A stretch of DNA of 63,336 bases from an uncultured Alistipes sp. (GCA_964533725.1 CAZHMX010000001.1:1-63336); one strand, 5' to 3'; positions 1 through 10,647 are shown, numbered from the stretch's first letter. A program made the numbers and translations. The notes: generated by a model not told the origin, from the letters alone.

Positions 1-2
1 GA

Positions 3-269
3 TTCAAGGTAATTGTAGATGCGAACGGCAATCTGCTTACCGACATGGAACTGCTTGTTAAGTTACGTAACCTCAGACAAACCCTCGCGCAGGAAAACGG
101 GGTGTCCCCCTCTCGCGTTATGTATGATTCCGTATTGGTGCTTTTGGCGACGGACAGGCCGATGACACGTGAAGAATTTATCGACGTAAAAGAAATCACC
201 ATCACGACATACATGCGGTTCGGTGAACGGTTCATTGCCGAAATCAAGAAACACGCCGAAGCATCTTAA
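3..269 (+). CDS. HRDC-domain-containing protein, 3' part (probably starts before the window)
   Basis: Frame is open from the window edge; LLVKLRNLRQTLAQENGVSPSRVMYDSVLVLLATDRP...RFGERFIAEI resembles the HRDC helical domain of RecQ-type proteins. Confidence 0.65.
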   Translation, partial: FKVIVDANGNLLTDMELLVKLRNLRQTLAQENGVSPSRVMYDSVLVLLATDRPMTREEFIDVKEITITTYMRFGERFIAEIKKHAEAS

Positions 270-442
270 TCACAGAAATGTATATCAATCCTTGTGGATG
301 GATTAGAATATATTGAATCTTTATTGCAAGCAGTCGGAGGCTGCATGCGGAACCGATAACGGTTTGTTTGTATGAAATTGTTCGGTTTGTGTGAGAACCT
401 GTTCAAAATCTTGAACGGAACAGTACGCTCGACATAAAACGG

Positions 443-514
443 AAGAAATACGATTTACAACGTTTTGTCAACGCACAGGGATACGACTACATTACGGCAT
501 TGGTCGAGATAGGG
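443..514 (+). pseudogene. Remnant of a DUF1810-family N-terminus
   Basis: Translates KKYDLQRFVNAQGYDYITALVEIG, matching the recalled DUF1810 start (DLxRFxxAQ...YxxALxE); no start codon, and similarity stops abruptly. Confidence 0.5.
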
Positions 515-754
515 GTTTTCTGGATACAGTCGCACCTGAAAATATCATCCCACCTTAAAAAAGAGAATATCCTGCTAAAGGCTATCCGGACACCGGCGGG
601 GCGGATGCCGAAATATTACGGCGGGATTCATTTCATACACTCCCGCCGCCATTTCGTACAGTCGCGGGCAGAACGCGCGGTTGTACGAAAGCTTTTGTTG
701 ATCTTTGTATCATAGGAATCCTCATTTTGAAAGATTGTAAAACGTATAAATAAC

Positions 755-3700
755 ATGAAAAAAAATCTATTTGTCTTTTTGACGGCCATTGTGGCGATGG
801 TCGTGTCTTCGGCCTGCCGCAAGGAGGTGATGAGCGAGCAGGAGGCGACGAGATGGATTGCGGCCTACGCGCCGGAACGCATCAGCGTCAATTTACCCAT
901 ACGCGTTGAATTCACCGACAGGGTAGGGCCATTTTATTCGGACACGCCGCTTGACAAAGTGCTGGAATTCTCTCCCCGGCTGCGCGGAGAAGTGCGGGCG
1001 CCGTCGTGCCGATGTCTCGAATTCGTGCCGCAGACCGGAACGTTGAGGCCGGGACGGGAGTACACCTGCCGCGTGCGGCTTGCCGATCTTACGGGAATCG
1101 ACACGCTGCGTGATTTCAGCTTTACGTTTTTTGTCGCCGAACGTGAGACAAAGATGCAGGTGACGAGTGTCCGGGTCGATCCTGCTGACATCAAATATAT
1201 GCGGGTCGAGGGTTTCCTCATGTTCAGTGAGCCGCTCGAAGCGGATCGGGTCGACCCCAAACTGCTGCATTGCGACCTGCAGGGACGGGCTGCCCATACG
1301 GCGATCGAGCCGACCGAGGATCCGACCCGCTTTCGCTTTACCCTCACGCGCCTGAAACGTGACGAGAAAGAGACGCGGGTACATGTGTCGTTCAATGCCG
1401 AAAAGTTGAATTTCGCGGCACCGGAGCCGCAACTGATTGCCGTTCCGGGTATCCACGAGTTCAAATTGCTCGCGGCCGAGCGTCACGACGCCGCGCAACC
1501 GTATATCGGGCTGGAGTTCAGTGCGCCGCTTTCGGCTGAACAGGAGCTGGACGGACTGATCTCCATCGACCGCCTCGAACGGGTGCGCCTCGAGCGAAGC
1601 GGTACGAACGTGAAGGTCTTTTATGACGCCAAAGGGCTGCCCGATATCGTGCTCCGCATATCGGAACTGTTGCGTGGCAGAGACGGCCAGCTCCTCGGCA
1701 GCGAGGTCGTGCAGCACTTCGAGCAGGAGGTCATTCCGCCGGCCGTGGAGATTCCGCTGAGCGGCACGATCCTGCCCGACAACCGCAATCTGACACTGCC
1801 TTTCCGGGCGGTCAACCTCGCGGCTGTGGACGTCGAGGTCGTGAAAATCTACACCGACAATGTGATGACGCATTTTCAGGAGAACGAATTGCGAGAATCC
1901 TATTACCTGCGCCGTGTGGGACGTCTGATCTACCGCCGCACGGTGCGCCTGGACGACGATCCGAACCGCAATCTGCACGAGTGGCAGAACTTTTCGATCG
2001 ACTTGAAGAATCTGTTTCGGCAGGAGCGCGGTGCGATTTACAACGTCCGTCTGGCATTCCGTCAGGCCTATTCGCTTTACGACCGCACGGAGCAAAACGG
2101 GGAACTGGATTTCCCGCTGACAAATGGCGTGACAGACCGGGAGAACGAGGAGTGGGATGTAACCCGCGGGTACACCCGCCGGAGTGCTCCGGATTGTAAT
2201 TGGGACGATTATGAATGGCGCGAAGAGGACGATCCGTCGAAGCCTTCCTACTATATGTGCAGCAGCCGGATGCCGGAGTACAATTTAGTGGCCTCGAATC
2301 TCGGGTTAATCGTCAAGCGGGCCGACGATGCGCAACTGTGGACGGCGGTGTCGGACCTGATGACCGCCGCGCCGCTGGCCGGCGTGCGCGTGACGGCCTA
2401 CAACTACCAGCTGCAGGAGATCGGGCACGGTACGACGGACAGCAACGGATTCGCCGACTTCCGGGTCAGGAACAAGCCCTTCATCGTTACGGCCTCGAAT
2501 GGCGTCTCGACCAGCTATCTGAAAGTCGGTGACGGGTACGAGAAGTCGTTGAGCAATTTCGATGTCGGAGGCAAAACGAATCCTCAGGGGATCAAGGGTT
2601 TTGTCTATGGCGAGCGCGGTGTATGGCGGCCGGGCGACGAGGTGCACCTGACGCTCATTGTCGAAGACCGCCAGAAGGCATTGCCGGCCAACCATCCCGT
2701 CACGATGGAACTCTACACGCCCCAGGAGCAGCTCTACGAGCGCCGGACGCTGACCCGAAGCACCGACGGGTTCTATGTCTTCCATGTGCAGACGGGCGAG
2801 GATGCCCCGACGGGCCGTTGGAACGCGCGGTTCAAGGTGGGCGGCAAGACGATCGACTTTCCGGTCAAGATCGAGACGATCAAACCCAACCGCATCAAAA
2901 TCGGCATCGAGACCGACGAAATGTTGCAGGCTCCGGGCCATGCCGCCTGCTCCGTCGAGGCGCGCTGGCTGACGGGTCCGGTTGCGGGCAACCTGCCGGC
3001 GTTCCTGGAGCTGATGCTCTACAGCAATGCCAAACCGTTCAAGGAGTTCGGCGACTACCTCTTCTCGAATCCGCTGAACAGCTTCTCCACGGAGCATCTC
3101 GAACTGGCCAGCGGGGTTCTCGACTCGCTGGGACGCATGACCCGACAGATCGAACTGCCCGAAAAGGAGGATGCTCCGGGCATGTTGCAGGCCAACATCA
3201 TCGCGCGGGTCCTCGAGGCGGGCGGCGACGAGAGTTTGGCGGCCCGTAGCGTGCGCTGCTCCCCCTATCGGTCGTATGTGGGCATTCGCCTGGGCAACAA
3301 GGAGTTTGAGACCGACAGCGACCTGACGTTCCCCGTCGTGTGTGTCGATCCCCAAGGCAAGTTGCAGGGCCGGCGAAAGATCGAATACAAGGTCTACAAA
3401 CTCAACTGGAGCTGGTGGTGGGAAGGCTCGGCGGACGACTTGAGCCGTTACGTGCAGAGCACTTCGGCCGAGGTCGTGGCCTCGGGCCGTCTGGAGACCG
3501 CCGGCGGCAGGGCGCAGATTCCGTTCCGGGTCGACTATCCGGACTGGGGCCGATACCTGGTCTTCGTGCGCGACGTGCGGAGCGGCCACGCGACGGGCGG
3601 GGTCGTCCTCCTCGACTGGCCGGAGTGGCGGGGACACGCCGGAAAGGGGGATGCCAAGGCCAGTTCGATGCTCTCCTTCGCCCTCGACAAACGCAGCTAC

Positions 3701-6220
3701 GAAGTGGGCGAAACGGCTACGGTCTATCTGCCCAAATCCGAGGGCGGGCGCGTGCTGCTCTCGGTGGAGAACGCCTCGAAGGTCATCTCCCGCCGTTGGG
3801 TCGCCACCCGCGCCGACCGCGAAACCGCTTACAAGCTCCCGGTAACGAAGGAGATGGCGCCGAATTTCTACGTTCACGCCACACTGTTGCAGCCGCATGC
3901 CAAGAGCAACGACCTGCCGATCCGCATGTACGGCGTGGAGGGTGCCGAGGTCGTCGACCGCCGTTCGATCCTGGACCCCGAGATCGAGGTGCCCGACGAG
4001 GTCCGTCCCCAGCAGGAGTTTACGGTCAGGGTGCGGGAGCGCGACCGCAAGCCGATGACCTATACGCTCGCCATTGTCGACGAGGGCCTGCTGGACATCA
4101 CCTCGTTCCGCACGCCGCAGCCGTGGCGGGCCATGAACCAGCGCGAGGCGCTGGGCGTCAGGACGTGGGATATCTACGACCATGTGATCGGCGCCTACAC
4201 CGGCAAATTCACGAAGGTGTTGAGCATCGGCGGCGACGAGGCGTTGCGCCGTGCGGCAGGCAAGGAGAAACGCTTCAACCCGGCCGTGAAGTTCCTCGGT
4301 CCGTTCACCCTCCGGAGCGGTCAGGCGACGCACAAAATCACCCTGCCGATGTATGTAGGCTCGGTGCGCGTGATGGTCGTGGCGGCCCACGAGGCGACCT
4401 ACGGCCAGGCGGACAAGACGGTCACGGTCCGTTCGCCGCTGATGGTGCTGCCGACCCTGCCGCGCGTGCTCTCGTGCGGCGACCGCGTGAAGCTGCCGGT
4501 CAATGTCTTCTGCATGGACGACGGGTTGCGCCAGGCGAGGGTGAGCGTCTCGGTCGAGGGTCCGCTTTCCATAGCCGGCAAGTCGGCGTTGTCACTCGCC
4601 TTCGCCGCACCCTCCGAACAGCTGGCCGCCTTCGATCTGGTCTGCGACCCGGTGCGGAGCGGTCAGGCGAAGATCACCGTCACGGCCGAGGGCGGCGGGC
4701 ACACGGCCTCCGAGACGATCTGCATAGAGGTCCGCAATCCGCTGCCGGCAGTCGTCACGACCAGCGGCAAGACGTTGCATCCGGGTGAGAAATACGACTT
4801 CACGTGGACCCCGTTTGCCGACGGAACGGCACAGCTGGAGGTCGCCGCCATGCCCAAGATCGACTTCACGGGAGCCTTTGCCTTTGTGGAGGGTTACGGA
4901 CACTGCTGCACCGAGCAGCTCTCCGCACGGGCGATGTATATGCTCTACGCCCGCCGTTTCCTCCCGGAGGCCGAGCAGCGACAGGCGCGGGAGGCGCTGC
5001 CGAAGCTGCTGAAAGCGATAAGTTCCCGACAGCTTGCCGACGGCGGTTTTGCCTACTGGCCGGGAGGCGGCGAGGCGAACGAGTGGGCGACCTCGATGGC
5101 CGGAGAGGTGATGACCGAGGCCCGCCGGCAGGGATTTGCCGTGGCCGACCTATATATCAGGCGTTGGCGGGAGTATCAGCAGCGCATGGCGCGCGCCTAT
5201 CGCCACAAATACGAGCACGCCGAGGATCTGGTGCAGGCCTACCGCCTCTATACGCTGGTAAAAGCCGGCGACGAACCCGTAGCGGCGATGAACCGCCTGC
5301 GCGAATCGCGGGCGCTCTCCCGTCAGGCGCTGCTGCGTCTGGCCGCCGCCTACGCCGAGGCCGGAAAGGTCGAGGTGGCGCGACAGCTTGCCGCCCGGAC
5401 CGGCAACTGCGCCCTGGCGACCGGTGCGTGGTTTACCTTCCAGTCCCCGCTGCGCGACAAGGCCCTGGAGATCGAAACGCAGTTGCTCGCCGGGGATACG
5501 GACCGTGCGCTGAAGCTCGCTCGCGAAGTGGCCGCGGAGTTCTCCGCCACCCGCTGCACGACGCAGGAAGTCGCCTTCGTCAGTGCCGCGATGAGCCGTC
5601 TGGCCGCTCTCTTCGGCAATGCCGCGGCCGAAGTGCTCCTCCAGCCCCAGGGCGGCAAGGCCGTCTCGCTTCGTGAAATCAAGGGCATCCATACCCTGAC
5701 GGTCCGTCCGGACTGCGGTGCGGTCCGCGCCGAGAACAAAGGTGACCGGGATGTCTTCCTCTCGCTGACGACCCGCCGCCAGCCGCAGGCGACCGAGCTG
5801 CCGCCGGCCTCTGCCCGGGGTATTGCATTCGATATCCGCTACATCGACACCGACGGCAACGCCATCGCCCCCGAGCGGCTTACGCAGGGCGAGGAGTTCT
5901 ATGCCGAGATCACGGTTCGCCAGGCGGCGAAGGAGCGCCCGTCGCTGGCGCTGACCTTCGCCATCCCCTCCGGCTGGGAGATCTGGAACGAGCGCACGGT
6001 GAGCGAATCCGCCATCGAGCCGGGCGACTATACCGATATCCGCGACGACCGCATCAGCTGGTACTTCGGTCTGAACGCCGGTGAGAGCCGCACCTTCCGG
6101 GCGCGCCTGCGGGCTGCCTATTGCGGTCGCTGCCTGCTGCCGCCGACCGTGTGCGAGGATATGTACGACACCTCGTGCCGTGCCGTGTCGGCCGGCCGGT
6201 TCGTGGAGATCGCGAAATGA
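755..6220 (+). CDS. yfhM: Bacterial alpha-2-macroglobulin family lipoprotein
   Basis: 1821 aa; lipobox SSAC; ERGVWRPG MG2 motif; thioester motif CTEQ; DGGFAYW; stop overlaps the pbpC start (ATGA). Confidence 0.92.
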   Translation: MKKNLFVFLTAIVAMVVSSACRKEVMSEQEATRWIAAYAPERISVNLPIRVEFTDRVGPFYSDTPLDKVLEFSPRLRGEVRAPSCRCLEFVPQTGTLRPGREYTCRVRLADLTGIDTLRDFSFTFFVAERETKMQVTSVRVDPADIKYMRVEGFLMFSEPLEADRVDPKLLHCDLQGRAAHTAIEPTEDPTRFRFTLTRLKRDEKETRVHVSFNAEKLNFAAPEPQLIAVPGIHEFKLLAAERHDAAQPYIGLEFSAPLSAEQELDGLISIDRLERVRLERSGTNVKVFYDAKGLPDIVLRISELLRGRDGQLLGSEVVQHFEQEVIPPAVEIPLSGTILPDNRNLTLPFRAVNLAAVDVEVVKIYTDNVMTHFQENELRESYYLRRVGRLIYRRTVRLDDDPNRNLHEWQNFSIDLKNLFRQERGAIYNVRLAFRQAYSLYDRTEQNGELDFPLTNGVTDRENEEWDVTRGYTRRSAPDCNWDDYEWREEDDPSKPSYYMCSSRMPEYNLVASNLGLIVKRADDAQLWTAVSDLMTAAPLAGVRVTAYNYQLQEIGHGTTDSNGFADFRVRNKPFIVTASNGVSTSYLKVGDGYEKSLSNFDVGGKTNPQGIKGFVYGERGVWRPGDEVHLTLIVEDRQKALPANHPVTMELYTPQEQLYERRTLTRSTDGFYVFHVQTGEDAPTGRWNARFKVGGKTIDFPVKIETIKPNRIKIGIETDEMLQAPGHAACSVEARWLTGPVAGNLPAFLELMLYSNAKPFKEFGDYLFSNPLNSFSTEHLELASGVLDSLGRMTRQIELPEKEDAPGMLQANIIARVLEAGGDESLAARSVRCSPYRSYVGIRLGNKEFETDSDLTFPVVCVDPQGKLQGRRKIEYKVYKLNWSWWWEGSADDLSRYVQSTSAEVVASGRLETAGGRAQIPFRVDYPDWGRYLVFVRDVRSGHATGGVVLLDWPEWRGHAGKGDAKASSMLSFALDKRSYEVGETATVYLPKSEGGRVLLSVENASKVISRRWVATRADRETAYKLPVTKEMAPNFYVHATLLQPHAKSNDLPIRMYGVEGAEVVDRRSILDPEIEVPDEVRPQQEFTVRVRERDRKPMTYTLAIVDEGLLDITSFRTPQPWRAMNQREALGVRTWDIYDHVIGAYTGKFTKVLSIGGDEALRRAAGKEKRFNPAVKFLGPFTLRSGQATHKITLPMYVGSVRVMVVAAHEATYGQADKTVTVRSPLMVLPTLPRVLSCGDRVKLPVNVFCMDDGLRQARVSVSVEGPLSIAGKSALSLAFAAPSEQLAAFDLVCDPVRSGQAKITVTAEGGGHTASETICIEVRNPLPAVVTTSGKTLHPGEKYDFTWTPFADGTAQLEVAAMPKIDFTGAFAFVEGYGHCCTEQLSARAMYMLYARRFLPEAEQRQAREALPKLLKAISSRQLADGGFAYWPGGGEANEWATSMAGEVMTEARRQGFAVADLYIRRWREYQQRMARAYRHKYEHAEDLVQAYRLYTLVKAGDEPVAAMNRLRESRALSRQALLRLAAAYAEAGKVEVARQLAARTGNCALATGAWFTFQSPLRDKALEIETQLLAGDTDRALKLAREVAAEFSATRCTTQEVAFVSAAMSRLAALFGNAAAEVLLQPQGGKAVSLREIKGIHTLTVRPDCGAVRAENKGDRDVFLSLTTRRQPQATELPPASARGIAFDIRYIDTDGNAIAPERLTQGEEFYAEITVRQAAKERPSLALTFAIPSGWEIWNERTVSESAIEPGDYTDIRDDRISWYFGLNAGESRTFRARLRAAYCGRCLLPPTVCEDMYDTSCRAVSAGRFVEIAK

Positions 6221-8442
6221 AACGGCGGATCCTTCATACAGCAGCCGTGGCAGCAGGAATCCTCCTGCTGCTGTGGCTCTTTTGCCTGCCGCGGGACCTG
6301 TTCGAAAACACGCCTTATTCGACCGTCGTCACCGACCGCCACGGGCATTTGCTGGGGGCGCGCGTTGCTGACGACGGACAGTGGCGCTTCCCGTCGGGCG
6401 ACTCGCTGCCGCAAAAATTCGTCGCGGCACTCATCGAATTCGAGGATCGCACCTTCTATCGGCACCTTGGCGTGAGTCCGAGAGCCATAGCTCGTGCCGC
6501 CGTGCAGAACTTCCGCAGCGGCCGGGTAGTCAGCGGGGGCAGCACGATCTCGATGCAGGTCATCCGTCTCTCGCGACAGAAGCCGCGCACCCTGTGGCAG
6601 AAGGTCGTCGAGGTATTTATGGCCACCCGCCTGGAGGCCCACTATTCCAAAGAGGAGATCTTGCGGCTCTATGCCGCGCACGCCCCCTTCGGCGGTAATG
6701 TCGTGGGCATAGACGCGGCCCTGTGGCGCTGTTTGGGCAACGACGGCAGCGAACTCTCCTGGGCCGAGGCCGCGACACTGGCCATCCTGCAGAACGCCCC
6801 CTCGTCGGTCCACCTCTCCCGCAACCGCGATGCCCTGCTCGCCAAACGTAACCGCCTGTTGCGCCGGCTTTGCGAGCAAGGCTACCTCTCCGAACCGGAA
6901 TACGAACTCTCGGCCGCAGAGCCGCTGATCGGCGAGCCTTGTCCGATGCCGCAATATGCACCGCACCTGGTCGAGCATTGCCATGCCCTCCGCCGTGGCG
7001 AACGCACCCGCACGCAGGTCGACCTGCCGCTGCAAAGACGGCTCGAAGAGGTCACCGCCCGATGGAGCCGGGAGCTGTCGGCCGAGGGGGTGAACGACCT
7101 TGCGGCCGTCGTCGTCGAGGTCGGGAGCGGCGAAGTGGTCGCCTACTGCGGCAACAGCGACATCCTCCGCGAGCGTGAAGGCCGGTGGGTCGATATTGCC
7201 CGGGCGCCCCGCAGTTCGGGCAGCATCCTCAAACCGCTGCTCTACTGCGCCGCACTGCAGGAGGGCCTCCTGCTCCCGCAGATGCTGCTGCCCGACATCC
7301 CTACCGACTTCGGCGGCTTCGCACCCAAAAACTTCGACGGAACCTTCGCCGGAGCGGTTCCGGCCGACGAGGCCCTGTCGCTTTCGCTTAACGTGCCGAA
7401 TGTGCATCTGCTCAAAGAGTACGGAACGATGCGCTTTGCCGAACTGCTCCGGTCGGCAGGCCTCACCTCGATCGGCAAAGCCGACAGCCGCTATGGCCTG
7501 TCGCTCGTATTGGGCGGTGCGGAGGTGCGGCTGCTCGAGATGGTGCGGCTCTACGCGAATATGGCGGCCTGCTATCAGGGCGGCGACAGCGTCCGGCTCG
7601 CCCGCTTCCCGCTCACCGACCGCGCGGCACTCTACGCCACCTTCGAGGCGATGCGCAACGTGAACCGCCCCGACCGGATGGACTGGCGGCGGGCTACATC
7701 CGCGCGGCAGATCGCATGGAAAACCGGCACGAGCTACGGCTCGCGCGACGGCTGGGCGGTGGGTGTCACGCCCGAGTATGCCGTCGGCGTATGGGCCGGC
7801 AATGCCAGCGGCTCCTCCGCGCCCGACCTGACGGGAGCACGCACCGCAGGTCCCGTGCTTTTCGACCTCTTCAACCTGCTGCCTCCGACGGGCTGGTTCG
7901 CCGAGCCGGATGCCGCCGACGGCATCGAAGCGACGCTTTGCCGCCATTCGGGACATATCGCGGGCCGCAACTGCACCGAAACCGTGCAGGCCGTCGTGCC
8001 GAAAAACGCACTGAAAAGCCGTTCCTGCCCCTATTGTCAGGAGGTGGTTGCGACAGACGGCAGCGAAACGGAACGCCGCTTCGTGCTGCCGCCGGTGATG
8101 GAGCATTACTATCGGCAGACGCATTCGGCCTACCGGTCTGCGACCTTGTCAACGGCCCGGACCGCCGCCCGTGCCGATATCCAGCCCATGCGCTTTATCT
8201 ACCCGGCGGACGGGAACGTGGTGTCGCTGCCCCGGCAGGCCGACGGCACGGTGGCGGCCCTCAACTGCTCGGTGGCGCACAACGACCCCTCGACAGAGCT
8301 TTTCTGGCACCTGGACAACTCCTACCTCGGCTCCACGCGCGACATCCACCAGATGGCGGTTCCCCTGAACAGCGGCGTTCACCGCATCACCGTCATAGAC
8401 TCCCGCGGCTACGAACAGACCGTCTCGGTTGTTGTCGTATAA
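6217..8442 (+). CDS. pbpC: Penicillin-binding protein 1C
   Basis: Transglycosylase motifs EDRTFYRHLGV and GGSTISMQ; transpeptidase motifs SILK and KTG; classic partner of A2M; ATG at 6217. Confidence 0.93.
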   Translation: MKRRILHTAAVAAGILLLLWLFCLPRDLFENTPYSTVVTDRHGHLLGARVADDGQWRFPSGDSLPQKFVAALIEFEDRTFYRHLGVSPRAIARAAVQNFRSGRVVSGGSTISMQVIRLSRQKPRTLWQKVVEVFMATRLEAHYSKEEILRLYAAHAPFGGNVVGIDAALWRCLGNDGSELSWAEAATLAILQNAPSSVHLSRNRDALLAKRNRLLRRLCEQGYLSEPEYELSAAEPLIGEPCPMPQYAPHLVEHCHALRRGERTRTQVDLPLQRRLEEVTARWSRELSAEGVNDLAAVVVEVGSGEVVAYCGNSDILREREGRWVDIARAPRSSGSILKPLLYCAALQEGLLLPQMLLPDIPTDFGGFAPKNFDGTFAGAVPADEALSLSLNVPNVHLLKEYGTMRFAELLRSAGLTSIGKADSRYGLSLVLGGAEVRLLEMVRLYANMAACYQGGDSVRLARFPLTDRAALYATFEAMRNVNRPDRMDWRRATSARQIAWKTGTSYGSRDGWAVGVTPEYAVGVWAGNASGSSAPDLTGARTAGPVLFDLFNLLPPTGWFAEPDAADGIEATLCRHSGHIAGRNCTETVQAVVPKNALKSRSCPYCQEVVATDGSETERRFVLPPVMEHYYRQTHSAYRSATLSTARTAARADIQPMRFIYPADGNVVSLPRQADGTVAALNCSVAHNDPSTELFWHLDNSYLGSTRDIHQMAVPLNSGVHRITVIDSRGYEQTVSVVVV

Positions 8443-8472
8443 AAGCGGTCGAGACGAAAAATCCGGTTTTTG

Positions 8473-8504
8473 TTTGGATTATTGCGATAAAAGTTCTACT
8501 TTTG
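8473..8504 (+). promoter_or_regulatory. Bacteroidetes sigma-A promoter for the B12 operon
   Basis: TTTG-N20-TACTTTTG immediately 5' of the riboswitch. Confidence 0.75.
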
Positions 8505-8507
8505 CGA

Positions 8508-8682
8508 CGTTGTAGTTCCTTGAGGGGGTTAAAGCCCGAAAGGATTCAAAGGGAATCCGGTGTGAATCCGGAACAGTACCTGCTGCTGTAAGTCCCGTAT
8601 AACGTCACTGCACAAAGTCATTGCTCCCCACGGAGTGAGAAGGCGCAGAGGACGGGGATAAGTCAGAAGACCTGCTGCAACG
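8508..8682 (+). promoter_or_regulatory. Cobalamin riboswitch
   Basis: AAGGGAATCCGGTGTGAATCCGGAACAGTACC..GCTGTAAG, B12 box AGTCAGAAGACCTGC, closing helix CGTTGTAG/CTGCAACG; lies upstream of btu genes. Confidence 0.93.
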
Positions 8683-8791
8683 CGAGGCGATAATGTACCG
8701 CGGGCACTCGGCGATTATCTCAAACTGTATCGGTTCGCCGCTCCGTGCGGTTTTGCGCCGATCTCCGTTTCGGATATACCATACCGTCTTA

Positions 8792-8841
8792 TACCCAATT
8801 GGTTACGATTATCAATTCGTTCCCGGTTGGGTAATTTTTTT
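8792..8841 (+). terminator. Probable attenuator hairpin of the riboswitch expression platform
   Basis: TACCCAATTGG...CCGGTTGGGTA stem (two G-U pairs) followed by T7. Confidence 0.5.
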
Positions 8842-8963
8842 GTGCCATATAACAAACCTTTGACTTCAGGACGGTCAGACCGAACTTTTAGACTATGAAA
8901 CAACGAATCAACGGGTTGGCCCCGGATACGCGCCTATTCATTAATCTTTAAATCATACCTGTT

Positions 8964-10625
8964 ATGCGAAAATCTTTGATTATCATGTCACTCGCCGCTG
9001 TTCTGGCACTCCCGACAGCCTGCGACTACGACGATTCCGATCTTTGGGAAGCCGTAAACGGCATCGAGGATCGCGTTGAAAACCTCGAGAAGGCATCGGC
9101 TCAAATGAACACTGACATCAAGACGCTTCAGTCGCTTCTCGAAGCCATCCAGAAAAACGTCTTCATCTCCGCCGTCGCCAAGGACGACGAGGGGTACACC
9201 ATCAAATTCTCCGACGGCACCGAGGCCCGCATCACCAACGGCGTGGACGGCCTGTCGGCCCCGAAGATCTCCGTGCGCAAAGCCGAGGACGGGTTCTATT
9301 ACTGGACCCTGGACGGCGAATGGCTGCTCGACAACTCGGGCAACAAGGTCAAAGCCGAGGGTAAAGACGGCGAGAACGGTATCGACGGCATCACGCCGCA
9401 GTTGAGAATCAATGCCGACACGGGCGAATGGGAGATCTCCACCGACGAGGGAGCCACGTGGGTATCGACCGGCGTCTCGGCAAAGGGCGACTCGGGCGAC
9501 TCGATCTTCGCCAAAGTCGACACGACCAACGATGATTATGTGGAGTTTACGCTTGCTGACGGTTCGCTGCTGCGGGTTCAGCGCTATGACGCCGGCGCGC
9601 CGCTGTTCGTAGTCGAACAGGCCGAGGGCACGCAGGTGATCCCTTGCGGCGAAAGCAAGACCTACACCGTAAAGAAAGAGCGCGTAGCCTCCTCGGCCAT
9701 CGCCAAACCCGACGGATGGAGGGTCTCGTTGTCGGACAACACGCTGACCATCACGGCTCCCGCCGAGAACAACCCCTATGCCGAGACCGAGGGATCGGTG
9801 GATATCATGGCCGTTTCGGAGTCGGGCGCAAGCGTGATCGTGCGGGTTCAGGTATCTGTCTATGACCGTCGCGTGCTCACCTTCGAGGATGCCGACGCGA
9901 AGTTCCCGGCCTACACGCTGGGCTATTGCTCCAAAACGGTCGAAAAGTGGTCGGATCTGATCGACAGCCCGCAGTATGGGGGCATGATGCTTTACGGCGA
10001 TTCCGGCTACGGAATGGACGAACCTTACACCTGGTGGGACAAAGGCAACACCGAGCTCAAGCACGAGATGTGCATGGCGTACGGCATGTACTGCTACTGG
10101 GGCGGCGGCCACGCGATTTCCAACTATTCGAGCACCGATCTGTCGCAGGGCGACTATGCGCACCAGCTGATGGTCTACGGCGCCGCGGGACACAACGGCT
10201 CGGCCAACTTCGCCGTTCATTTCGGCTATCAGGACAACTCCCCCTACAATATGTCGGAGACCCTGCCGGCATTCGAGTTCGGCGACGGTTCGGAACATGT
10301 GATCGAGTCGATCTGGATCATGAACACGGTCTATGCCATGAACTGCTACATCTCGGGCAACGGTCTTACGGCCAAAATCGGTCCGGACGACTGGGTGAAG
10401 CTCGTGGCCACGGGTTATGACGCCGCCGGCAACAAGACCGGCGAGGTGACCTTCTACACCTGCGACGGTCCCGACCGGATCGTGCGCGACTGGACCCGCT
10501 GGGATCTGACAGCCTTAGGCAAGGTGGCGAAGGTCGAGTTCAACGTGACGGGTTCGAGCGACAACGGCGCCGGATTCAGCCAGCCGGCATACTTCGCCTA
10601 CGACGACGTGACCGTACTTTTCTAA
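8964..10625 (+). CDS. Lipoprotein with DUF4988/PL29-N-like stalk and C-terminal DUF4465-like domain
   Basis: Lipobox PTAC; YDDSDL..coiled coil..YYWTLDGEWL..GKDG..TPQLRI N-domain; C-terminus WTRWDLTALG...SSDNG..PAYFAYDD. Confidence 0.75.
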   Translation: MRKSLIIMSLAAVLALPTACDYDDSDLWEAVNGIEDRVENLEKASAQMNTDIKTLQSLLEAIQKNVFISAVAKDDEGYTIKFSDGTEARITNGVDGLSAPKISVRKAEDGFYYWTLDGEWLLDNSGNKVKAEGKDGENGIDGITPQLRINADTGEWEISTDEGATWVSTGVSAKGDSGDSIFAKVDTTNDDYVEFTLADGSLLRVQRYDAGAPLFVVEQAEGTQVIPCGESKTYTVKKERVASSAIAKPDGWRVSLSDNTLTITAPAENNPYAETEGSVDIMAVSESGASVIVRVQVSVYDRRVLTFEDADAKFPAYTLGYCSKTVEKWSDLIDSPQYGGMMLYGDSGYGMDEPYTWWDKGNTELKHEMCMAYGMYCYWGGGHAISNYSSTDLSQGDYAHQLMVYGAAGHNGSANFAVHFGYQDNSPYNMSETLPAFEFGDGSEHVIESIWIMNTVYAMNCYISGNGLTAKIGPDDWVKLVATGYDAAGNKTGEVTFYTCDGPDRIVRDWTRWDLTALGKVAKVEFNVTGSSDNGAGFSQPAYFAYDDVTVLF

Positions 10626-10647
10626 TCCAACATAAACAGCCCTGATA

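Noticed and set aside
755-8442. A2M-pbpC pair as a novel system
   Set aside because: Well-known conserved pairing with a canonical CxEQ thioester motif
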